Part shown: piece by piece, positions 27,801 to 38,711 of the stretch | How positions within the stretch are numbered: position 1 is the first letter of the stretch | Layout: each line of letters opens with the position of its first letter | NCBI GenBank assembly: GCA_973895155.1 | Contig: OZ316892.1 | Location: 17,660,357-17,724,356, forward strand | Direction of reading: 5' to 3' | Length of the DNA: 64,000 nucleotides | Source of the DNA: Marsupella aquatica | Taxonomy: Eukaryota; Plantae; Marchantiophyta | Notes under the pieces: model-generated | The model's database searches: none | What the model saw: the letters and a program-made list of their open reading frames with translations, nothing else | What the model was told of the DNA's origin: nothing | Translations under genes and position numbers: made by a program

Positions 27801-30572
27801 AACTGCCCTTCAAAAGCTACGGGTTACCCGTAGTTACCATTAAAAGAATATTTTTCCTGAAATTGTGGAGTAAACTGGCATGCTAGAGGAGAAGAGTGAT
27901 GAAATGTGGAACAAAGGGGGAGGTCTTGGACACTTCCCCTTATATAGGGCAAGTTGTGGTTGTTGGAAGGAAAAACTTTGCTCTGGAAAACCTTGTGGAA
28001 ACAAAAAGGATGCCAAGGAATGAATATGTAAAATGTCTCCAGGTCAATGGGGTATGCATGGTTCACAAGACCATCATTTTTTCAGCAAATGTTGCATTGT
28101 GTGAAACTGAAGGTGCTACGAACATGAATTAGTCACTTGAGTAAAGACAGTGATAGGTCTTGGCTTCAACTATTGTGGTTGACTATTCTCTTTCTGTGGG
28201 GTTTCACAGATTTCCCTTATAATAAATAAATTCTGATTGCTAGATTTTGATAGTAGATTTTGGCTGATGTGGTTAGTGACTAGAGGTAACTGGCTAACTG
28301 GTCAATTTTACGCAGGATGGCCTTCCAATGAAGTGCAATTTGGAAAACTTTGACTAGGTGTGAAACTGGCTCATCACAAACTGGTCCTTTCTCTCAGGAA
28401 TCATTTAGACCTTTTTAGTGAACTGGAATGGTAACTAGTAATTATTAAGTGGATGTATATTCTCCTAAATCTTACCTCCTCCAGTACTTGCATATGATAT
28501 GGACAAGAAAACAACCTTTTTTTTTGGTAGGCTTTCTTCCCGCAGGAATGCTGATTTAAGTATCATTCCTTGCTCTTGTAGTGATGAGGCTTGGTGGTGC
28601 TTGAGATGTGAGAGTTCTTCACATGAAGATATTATGCACTGTCAATGGCTTATGTCCAGAGCCACAAGAAATTTGGCGATGGGTGGGGATGGTGATGCAG
28701 TTTTTGATGTTGTCTCATTTGGCTACTTTCTAATTGGAAGCGGTTCACGCCATTTTGGGTGCGCCTTGTCACGTATTGTAGTATATTATACTATCTAGGT
28801 TTGTACATTTTGTATGTGTGCTATATGAGCCAATAGGGTTCAGTTTGGGTTTGTGTGGAGAGTAGTTCTCCAATTGTGAGGCATCGAAAGGTTATCTTTT
28901 GATCATGAGCCTTGGAGAGGGGAGCTTGAGTTGTGGCTATGGTGGGTGAGAGCTCCTTCTATGTAACATCAGTTCCTTGAGTGCAAGGTGCACTGGGCTT
29001 GACATACGTGTGTGATTGGATCGGGCGGGATTGATCGTTTGTTGTTGGCGTCAATCGCTGTTTGATTTCATGAAAGATTATTGTGGGTTTTGGACATGGG
29101 TGGACATGGTTTCACTTGTAGCCCATTCTCTTATTAATGTTTGTTTGTGCTTATGTTTGTCACGCCGAGGGAGAGTGCCTCTTATGCAAATCGGCATGTC
29201 CCTTGCATGCCCGCTAGGTATGTAGTTAGGGCTAGTGTACTACTTGAGTTAGCGACATGTTCTTGTAGCAAGCCTGCCTGGGCCGTTCTTGAAGCAAATG
29301 CGCTTGTTAGTGTGATGCCTGGACTTGGCTTACTTAGGGCATGTCTTTCTTTGTCGTGTTATGTGTATAGTTAAGTGTATACACATAACCCTCCCGTTGG
29401 GGCCCAGGTTTCTTTTCTTTCTCGGCCGCAACCTACTTCGCGACCTGCTGCAGCCAATAATTGCTGCATTGACTGCCGACTATTGTTGCTGGCTCCTGCT
29501 GCCACTGTCAACTGCCACGACCCATCCACCACTTTTGGCATTTTTTGGTGCTTATTTGGCGGTTAGTTGGGCCATTTTTTGGTGTTTGCCGGCCATCGTG
29601 CGACTACTTCCCGGCAGCCTCGGCCACCCCGCAACTACCTCCCAAGTGCATAGGGCCGCACACCCATTTCTCCCCTCGCAACGCCCCTTTCTTCTTTTTC
29701 TTTTTTGCCACCCTTGCCAGTAATTAAAGCAACCACGGGAGGGAAAGTGACTCCCTTCCTTTTTGCCCTGCCACAAGCAAGCGAGAGGGGATGGAGGGCA
29801 CGAGGCCCTATGGAGAATTAAAGCAAGGAGGAGAGGGAGCCAAGGCGGGAGCGCAAGGAGGGGGTGCAAAGCCCTATGCAGGGCTCATGCCATTAAGAGG
29901 GGCCCCCTGCATCCGCCCATTTCTTTCCCTTCGCCGAGTGTCCAAAGTGTATACACTTAATTCGGGCCCTTTTCTTTTTGTTTTTGGCTGTTCTCCCTCA
30001 TACACCGCGCGCGGGATGACAGCATACGGCACCAGGGCCGGCCAATCCTTCTGTTTTTGGGTCCACATAGGGGTCCGAGGTATACACTTTAGGGGGCCCA
30101 TTTTCCTCATATTCCTTTGCTGTTGCCAACGTCAGGTCATCTGCATATGGCTGCGGGTCCGGTGTATATACACCGGATGGTCAATTTGGCATATACATAG
30201 GCAAACGCGAAGGGGGCTAAATTTGCGCTTTTAAGGGTCATTTTCTCTGACAGGTTTTCTATGTGTTTACATATTTTGTACATTTGGCACCCCGGGTGAG
30301 CATGTAGCATGTTAGCAGAGGAGCCGAGTCGTAGCATCTCATCGCCACCAACACCCCGGTACCACTTACGGAGTGATCCACGGCCGTTGGTGCCAATTTC
30401 ATTGGAGTCCTGACAATTTTGATGACGTCAACAGACAGCAGCAGCACCCACACCATGCCATCCTTCTACTACATTTGGCGGTTGCTTCACCACTACCCCA
30501 AAGCCTACTATTGCTTCTTTGCCCTTTACCCCTTTTGCATTAGTGGTTGTTCCTGCTTCACCGACATACAAC

Positions 30573-31976
30573 ATGGATGTCAGCCACTCATTTGGCCGCA
30601 TTGAGCGCTTCAGCGGGCGGCCAGGCACTTTGCGTGAGTTCAAATCCACTCTCTACACTGTCGTTTACGAATTGGAGTTGAAGTACGACAACAATTTCAC
30701 ATATGCTTTTGCATTTAAGCAGCTAGCCAGGTATGTGCACCATGAGGCTTTGGATGTGTATGAGCAGCACTCGCAATGGATGCTTGCTGTCACACAATTG
30801 CCTAACCCTACCTATGCTAGTGCAATTGCGGCTGCCTCACAATTGGCATTACAGAATGCCATTGCAGCCCATGTTGTTGCTCCTGCCACTTCCCCTCCTA
30901 CTCCAATTCCTACCACTGCACCAATTACTCTCACTGTCTTGGCATAGGCTACATCGGGCATTTCTTCCACCATTAATTCCCCTGCCTTTGTTGATCCAGT
31001 GGGTGAGTTTTTCAAGGTTCTTGAATCATTTGGAATTCCCAATCAAGAGTGCTGACAAAATCATGCAGTTGGCCACCTTTGTAAAACACGCGATAAAACA
31101 TTAAAGATGATGTAGTGTCGGCTTCTCAAGCTGAAGGAGGACACCCAGAGCATCACTGACCTGGAGGCTGCTCATCACTATCTTAGTGCATTGGAGGGCA
31201 CACCAGCTCTCTATTCGCAAGTGTTGCAGCAAGTATTCTCAGAGTTTGGAGACAGCTACACATTGCTCAATGTCTATGACACTGTTGAGAAACTTGAGTT
31301 GGCCCATGCACATTATGAGGCCAGTATTGTGTGTCCACCGCAATCCAGGTACCAGGCTACTGCCCCTACACTAGCCACTTCTTCCCGTGTGCCACTATAG
31401 GGTTCCATGCCCAAGCCAGCACATGCTGCTTTCATGCTGCCATCTTGCAACTATTGTGGTAACCCTAATCACAAGGCTAATGAATGTAATATTGTTGTTG
31501 AGGACTTGTCTTGTGATTTTTGCGGGAAAGTGGGCCACTTGGTGGCAGTTTGTTTTGCCAAATTCCCAGAGAGGAAGCAGCTACGACAGCAAGCCACTCA
31601 TCCTGCTCTTGCTTCCACTCCCCCACCAGCTAGGAGGGCTCCTACTGCATCAGTTGCTCCTCCTTCCAATGGCAAAGCACCCGGTGCCAACAGACCGCCC
31701 AAACAGCAACAAAAATAACCAGCTCAAAAGGAGGCTCACAACGCACAGGCAACTCAACTACAGTCTTTGACTCATGAAGTTGAATCCTTATGTGCCCAAC
31801 TTGCCAACATCAAAGGAAAGTCACCTGCCTCTGCTGGTCCTTCTCAACTTGCTGGTCACGTGCAACCCATCTCTAGTTCAGGCACCACTGACAGTTCAAC
31901 ACCTCTACCTCGCTCTTTCTATGGCTTGCCCTTTGATGCTTATATGGGTGAGTGTGTGTTGTCCTCTGCTACATAG
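30573..31976 (+). pseudogene. gag: gag-like region with two CCHC zinc knuckles
   Basis: Starts MDVSHSFGRIERFSGRPG; CNYCGNPNHKANEC and CDFCGKVGHLVAVC (CX2CX4HX4C) in ORF 31407-31718; several stops and frameshifts. Confidence 0.8.
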
Positions 31977-32599
31977 CCTGGCCTTACAACAAAATTTTCA
32001 AATTCATTTTGCCCATCCTATTTTGCTTACCAGTAGGCCAGTGCTGCCTCCCATACTACTCTCACATGCCGCATTGTACATACTAATGGTCTTGCTGCCG
32101 GTCCTATGACTAGAGCCAGGGAAGCTCGGGTTGTCATGCCCCAATCTTTTCAGCCACTCACACTTGCTGAAGAGCGCACCTTATTGGCGAGGGGGGAGGG
32201 AGCTGCAACTACATCCATTCCATCACCAAGTGCTGCTGACATTTCACAGCCAGGATGTTGTTTCTCTTGAGTTGCTTGAGCATTTCACCTCTGATATGGC
32301 ACAACAGATTCTTGCAACTCCACTTTTTAGTTGCCATAATTTACAACTGGATGCCAGAGCTGTAATCAGAGCGCTAGAGGGCTCATTGCATTCTTCATCA
32401 GCCCCTATGACACCGGTTTTAGAGGTCCAATCTCATGTACATACTAGACCTTTTTCTTCTCCATTACATGCTTCCACTGGTTTGGTTGTCCCAGTACCGA
32501 TTGCTGCTGATTGTGTGACTAGAGCTACACTTGATTCTGGTCATGCTGCTCCATCTTTCCTAGCTATGTTGTTGAGTGGGAAGACCATGGACACTAACT

Positions 32600-33155
32600 T
32601 CCTTCACAAGGTACCACATCATTTGCCAAAAGTTGTGCCTAGCGATAGGACTTCAGTTTCCACCACCATTGCCATTGTTGACAACAGGAATTCAGCGGTC
32701 AAGTTGGAGGGTCACACTTCTCAGGTGGTCATGCTAGATACAGGCGCTCAACCAGTGATCTTGGGCATTCAGTTTGCCAAGAAGTGAGACTCATGACTGA
32801 TAATTTATAGCAATCTAAATGGCACATTCGGACTGCTAGTGGCACTATAAAGGATGTGCTGGGTGAGAGTTCTACTTTCCTCGCTCTCACTTGTAATGGA
32901 GGTACAGATTAGGAACTTCATTTCTCAGTTAGATGCTTGGTTACAAATGCCACTACGTATGATGTGCTCATTGGCCAGGAGGCTTTGTTCCCACCAGGTT
33001 TCACCATTGACAATTGGCATGAGCATGCATACTATAGAGTTGATTGGCCGTATACTGATGGCTTGCACTTGGGCTACATTCCCCTTGATCTACATGGTGC
33101 CCATACTCCCATGGCTCACCATTGTGTGTTGAAAGAAATGCACACAACTACCTAG
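32600..33155 (+). pseudogene. Retroviral-type aspartic protease
   Basis: VMLDTGAQPVILG active site at about 32730 and downstream YDVLIGQE flap/psi-like motif (ORF 32937-33155). Confidence 0.8.
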
Positions 33156-33392
33156 GTCAACCATCCATTGTAGGATTGGATTGAGGAGGATGACAATGAG
33201 GTGGCTATTGCACATATAGGCTTAGCATTTTCCAGCAATGTGGATCATCAACCAGAGGTGGTACAACGGCTCCAGGCAGCCCATGGACCTTTGATGGCTG
33301 CATTGCACACGTTTGACGACCTTGGGCAGCACAATGGACAGCCAATAGCCCCAATCTTGAACGCACCAGTTACATGGACTCCTCATCCGGAT

Positions 33393-34200
33393 GGCCTTAC
33401 TTTGCTTGAGCTTTTTGGTGGCAGTTCTACAGGTCTGCATTTTCTTTCTTCCCTCCAGATATCCAACTTGTCTAGCACTGGCACTTCACCCTTCTTGGCT
33501 CCCTTGATTTGATCATAGCTGGTTGGGAATGCCAAGGCTTTTCAGTTGCTGGTCACGGTGTTGGATTGCATGATTCTCATTCTGGCCTTTTCACAACATT
33601 GGTTCAGGTTCTCACCTGGGCTCAATCCCTTTATCCCGTTGTTGGTTATATCATTGAGAATACTCCTGCCATCTCAGTTTGACCAATGTCCACAGGTCAA
33701 AGAGGATTTCAGTGTGGTCCAACACTACTTGGGACCACCCCTTCTCATTGATGCAGTGCACTGTGGTTCTTATGCGCATCGTCTTCATAACTTTTGGACT
33801 AACCTTGCACCACCTTCCTTGTTGGAGTTAGCTCTTCACCACACATCGAGGGACACTAACCTCACAGTGGACCAGATTTTGGATCCTGACAGATCTTGCC
33901 AACCAGTTACACAGCAAGAGCCAGCACCTTGGTATCCACCCAATACCATTGGACAGCCCCGTGCTGCATGGCCTACATTTGTGTCCTTTCCAGGTGCACA
34001 TATATGCTTTTTAGGGTGATGGTCCTGGCCTGGTTTATCAACATTCTACCGGTACATGGAATGAACCTAGTCTTGAGGAGAGAGAACGGGCTACAGGCTT
34101 CCAGCCTGGTACTACAGGCCACACCAAAATCACCAGGCTGGCCAGGAATGCTTTACTTGGCAGGGTAATGGATCTTAATGCTCTCACTTGGCTTCTGGTC
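33393..34200 (+). pseudogene. C5 cytosine DNA methyltransferase domain inside pol
   Basis: Motifs in order: I LLELFGGSSTGL (about 33402-33437); III PDI (33455); IV DLIIAGWECQGFS (33506-33544) then GLHDSHSGLF; VI YIIENT (33647-33664); VIII DAVHCGSYAHRLHNFWTNL (about 33750-33806); IX EERERATGFQPGTT (34075-34116); X RNALLGRVMD (34144-34173). Three frameshifts, one stop, motif II apparently deleted. Confidence 0.9.
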
Positions 34201-34549
34201 ACTTGCATCCTTTTTCAGATGTACATTCATCCAGCATCAAGAGTTCTAGCCCTACCACTCTATGGTGCTGCTACATGGCATCCAGACCAGGTACACTTAC
34301 CTCTATTCAACACTCACCGCTTCAGTCCAAGTGTTGGGGGGAGGAGTGGGGGGAGGAGGTCCCTTGTAATGTGGCTGACATTATTTTTGAGTTTCATGGT
34401 GTGGATCAGACCAGATCAACAGATACAACAGGCCTTGGAGAGGCCTCATCACCTTATCAACAGCATTCTAGTAGCTTGGACAGTGAAGAGGCTAGCACTT
34501 TGGGTTCTTCAAGCACGAGTTCATCAGGTCCGATTCCTAGTGTTGCCAA

Positions 34550-35530
34550 CTACACATTCATCATGGGCAACCACCTGAGTAAAAGACACAAGGACCAGCT
34601 GCTGAATTTTCTCCTCAAGCATGAGAACGTGTTTGCTTTCTCTATGAAGGACTTGGGTAAGTGCAAGACTATGCAGTTCTCCATTGAGTTGGTTGATGAA
34701 ACACCTATCTTCAGGCGGAGACACCGTTTGAGTAAGCATGAGTGGTAGCTTGTGGATGAGAGGTGCCAAGAGCTCTATGAAGCTGGTCTTATTTAGCCAT
34801 ATACATCAGATTTTGCAGCAGCTACAGTGATGCCAGCAAAGAAGGATTCCAGTGGATTGTGGACAAAGAAGCGCATGTGTGGGGATTACAGGCCACTGAA
34901 CCTGGTCACACCCTAGGATAGGTATCCCATGCCACGGCCAAAGGAGCTATTTGACAACATTGGAGACTCAAACATCTTCACTCTTGTGGATCTAAGGCAA
35001 GGCTTTAACCAAATTTTGCTGCTTGCAAAGGACCGCAAGAAAACAACTTTCCATGGTAGTAACCAACTATGGGAGTGGTTGGTGATGTCATTTGGCTTGA
35101 AGAATGCGCCCATATTCTTTCAAAGAGTCATGGACCAGGTTCTTCAAGGTGCTGAGTTTCTAAAATGCTACATTGATGATGTGTTGGTCCACAGCAAAGG
35201 ATTTGACCAGCATCTACTTGACCTTGAGGAGCTATTCATGAGGCTTAAGAAGGTGAACCTAAAGATACACCCCAAGAAGTGTGAGTTTGGTGTCAGATCA
35301 ATAGTATATCTTGGGCATCGCATTCTTCCAAATGGAACCATGGCTCACTGGGCCAAGGTGGTATCCATCTTGGAAATGCCCACTCCTACTGATGTTCACA
35401 CTCTTAAGAGCTTTATTGGGTTGTGCAATTACTACCGGATCTATATCAAAGATTTCAATACCAAATGTTGCACACCCATTGTACTCTTTGTTGAAAAAGA
35501 ATGTGACTTGGACATGGAGTACAGATGCTG
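34550..35530 (+). pseudogene. Reverse transcriptase, Ty3/gypsy type
   Basis: RMCGDYRPLN, DLRQGFNQI, MSFGLKNAP, YIDDVLVHS, KCEFG, YLGH, SFIGLCNYYR motifs. Confidence 0.97.
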
Positions 35531-35555
35531 AGGCAACATTTGCCACTTTGAAGGA

Positions 35556-35975
35556 TTGGAGAAGCTCTCAGAATATCTGGTGCTGAGAAGACCTAATTTC
35601 AACAAGGTCTTTGTGCTACACACAGATTGGAGTGCCCTTGGGATTGGTGCCATTTTGGGCCAGCATGATGAGGAAGGTAAAGAGTACGTCATTGCCATAG
35701 ATGCATCCAGGAGCAACAATCAGGTAGAGAGTCATTATTCTTCTTATGAGGGTGAATGCCTTGCTGTTGTGTGGGCTGTCATACATTACAAGCCCTACCT
35801 CTATGGGACCAGGTTTACTCTCTACACAGACCAACAGCCCTTGAAGTGGTTGATGACTAACGACAAGCTTACTGGCAAGCTTGCTTGTTGGGCGCTCATA
35901 CTCCAAGAGTATATGACTTTGTGGTAATTCATAGGCCTGGTGTGACACATCAAAATGCTGACACTATGTCCCGCA
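35556..35975 (+). pseudogene. RNase H
   Basis: LHTDWSALGIGAILGQ, SYEGECLAVVWAV, LYTDQQPL, NADTMSR. Confidence 0.95.
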
Positions 35976-36138
35976 GCCCTTTGATTACCTCTGATGATTC
36001 CTCAGATGCACGGTAGGATTTTGACCAGGGTTCCATCCTGCCTACATTGCATGCATCTACCTATCTTGCTTTGCTACCATGCTACGTTGTTGACCAACCT
36101 ATGGTGGACATATGAGAGGATAATTCAACACTCTGAGA

Positions 36139-37296
36139 TTGCTACAGCATGGGGAATACCCCACACATGTCACTACAGCCCAGAGAGACCGAATTCAACA
36201 AAGGTCCAAGCATTACTTGTGGAAGGGAGATCATCTCATATGTTGCTTGCTAGACAGGGAAGTGGTGGTTCCACCCATTCATGAGAGGGTTGGCCTTATC
36301 CGTAAGGTACATTCTGAGCTTGGTTTTTTTGGCGTTAAGAGGACTTACAACCTCTTGGTTCCCCATAATCATTGGAGAGGCATGCATGGCCAGGTTCGGG
36401 ATATTATTGCCCGGTGTGAACAGTGTGATAGGGTGAGGACTTCTTTCACATGTCGGCAACCCACACTTCATCCACTCCCTATGTAGGGCATGTTTGATTG
36501 TTGTTCATGTGATTTGGCTGGAGAATTATCCCTCACATCTCTGGGTAATCTCTACATCATGATCGTGATAGAGCATTTCTCCAAGTGGATAGAACTTGTG
36601 GCATTACTAGATAAGACCTCCCGCAACACCAACCAGACATTCCTTCAACAAGTTCTCAGTCGCTTTGGAGCTTGTGCAGAATGTCTCACCGACCAGGGAT
36701 CAGAGTTCAGAGGAGAGTTCTAGGAGCTGCTTGATCAGGCCCTCATTGATCAGGCCCTCATTGATCATCGCCGGACATCACGAGATCACCCACAAGCAGA
36801 TGGCTTGGCAAAGCGCATGGTTCAGACATGCAAGAAGGGTCTCTGCAAGATTTGCCTCACCAAAAACAAGGAGGATTGGGACCTAGCCTTACTCTACATT
36901 ACCATGGGGTATAGGATGTCTAGACATGCATCACTGTCTAACTTTTCTCCCTACTTCTTGTTGTTTGGTCGTCATCCAGTTCCACCTTTTGCTATTGCTG
37001 CTCACATGCTTCAGGTGGTGGACTTGGATTCAGCCATGACTTGGTCTGATGTGATCTTTGAGAGAGTTGCTCTATTCACGAGGGTTATGCCCATGGCCAT
37101 GGAGAATTTGGCCATTGCACAACATAGGGACACACTGCATTATGCCCACACACGAGGGGGCACTTTTCAGCCCAAGGTCAGGAAGTTTGAAGTGGGAGAT
37201 TTTGTGTACTTGCAGCGACAAGCTAACGACACCTGGACACCTCTACCAGCCGTACTATTCTCAGGGTTAAGGCTATTTGACCGTCTGGAGTGCTAG
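36139..37296 (+). pseudogene. DDE integrase with zinc-binding N-terminus
   Basis: HSELGFFG...CEQC; DLAG; TDQGSEF; ADGLAKR (catalytic E to K); SPYFLLFGR; FEVGDFVYL. Contains a 15-bp in-frame duplication (tgatcaggccctcat) at about 36732-36765. Confidence 0.95.
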
Positions 37297-37417
37297 AGTT
37301 ACAAGGGGCAGATGGGTGCACAATTGCTGACAATGCCAAGAATTGCACCCCTTGTCATCTGCCTAACCTGGATCCCACCATTGTCACTTCTACTTGGATC
37401 CCACCTGTGGATTACCC

Positions 37418-37560
37418 GTGCAAAGTGTGTTTGCGAATTGATGATGCTGACCAGATGCTGCTGTGTGACAATTGCAATGGAGGGTACCATCTTTTCTGCC
37501 TTCGGCCTGAACTTACCCAGGTGCTAGAAGAGAACTTTATGGTTTTGCCCTTCCTGTGCT
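37418..37560 (+). pseudogene. PHD finger (C4HC3) C-terminal to integrase
   Basis: CKVCLRIDDADQMLLCDNCNGGYHLFCLRPEL, then WFCPSC after a frameshift at about 37540. Confidence 0.92.
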
Positions 37561-38644
37561 CAACGTGCTACCTGACTTTTCTTCAGCCCTCCTTTTTGGC
37601 TGTGGTCTGGGGGGAGATACAGAGGTTTACACCTCCACTACGTACATACCACCTCTTTTTCTTTTTCTTAGCACTTGTAAATGTGATGAGACTTTTTCTA
37701 TGCATGTTGATTGCTAGTGGGTTGCACATGTGCATTGCCGGTGCTTTGTATATTTTCGATACACTATGGCTACGATACTATGTGTCATGACATGTTTGGA
37801 TGTGTGTGACATGCGATGAATGTTATGTAACAATGTGTATGCACATGACAACCTCTGTCAATTTGATGAGGGGTGTTTTGATTAAGCTTTGGCATTTGGT
37901 TTGGGGTATCACTAATTGGTAGCTTTGGAAAGCCCGCTGTTCCTTGGAAAAGAAGGATGTGCGGTGATAGGAATTCAGATTTGAATTTGGAGAGATCTCT
38001 GATGATGTATCAAGATTGCTTGGATACAACGCTGGCACGCTTGAGGAAGGGTGGCCTTCAACAAAATTTGGTGGGTAGGATGCGCCAAGATTTGGCAGAG
38101 AGGTTGCTTTATATTGCTTGGATGATGGTCTGTTGATTGTGAACTTGTGGTTGTTTGATCCGGCTTGAAGTGAATCTTGTTGGTGTGGGTATTTGCTTTA
38201 TGCGTAGGTTTAGTTCTGCAGATGAATCCTTTTGGTGGGATTTTTGCAGAGGTTCAGTCAATCAGATCTCCATTTTTTTTTCTTTAATTTGGGATCCCTC
38301 GCTGCGCTTTGGACTCAGTCAGCCCTCACTTCTGCAGTGGTTGTTTTTCGCTTTTGTTGTGGGTGATGAAATGGTTGCTTTCCACTCATTTTTTAATTCT
38401 TGGCCTTGTCCACTTGACCAAATGGGTTTGGTCTTCGTGTGGAGGTTGGCTTGTGACCATTTTTTGGGTCTGGCCGCATCACTCCCTGATTTATTGGGTT
38501 CTCCTTTTTGATTAAGTAATTAAAGTGCTCCCTTCAAGACAAAAAAGAAGAGAAAACAACTGTTGCATATACTGCCACTAAAGATATGAGTAATTATGAT
38601 ACTACCATGATGATTTTATAACATTAATAACCAGAGACAGACAA

Positions 38645-38711
38645 GGGTTTCCTATGGGTACGGTTATACTGTATCTTACTGCTCTAGGATAACCGTACCC
38701 ATAGGAAACCC
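38645..38711. other. Perfect 23-bp stem, 21-nt loop hairpin
   Basis: gggtttcctatgggtacggttat (38645-38667) / ataaccgtacccataggaaaccc (38689-38711). Confidence 0.95.

Larger units (their letters stand above)
29158..37792 (+). mobile_element. Decayed Ty3/gypsy-type retroelement with a cytosine methyltransferase and a PHD finger; no paired LTRs found
   Basis: Gypsy domain order gag-PR-(DNMT)-RT-RH-INT-PHD over frameshifted ORFs. Termini TGTCACG (29158) and CATGACA (37792) are a 6/7 inverted repeat, flanked by tgtt at 29154-29157 and 37793-37796. Identity is secure; boundaries are less so. Confidence 0.85.
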
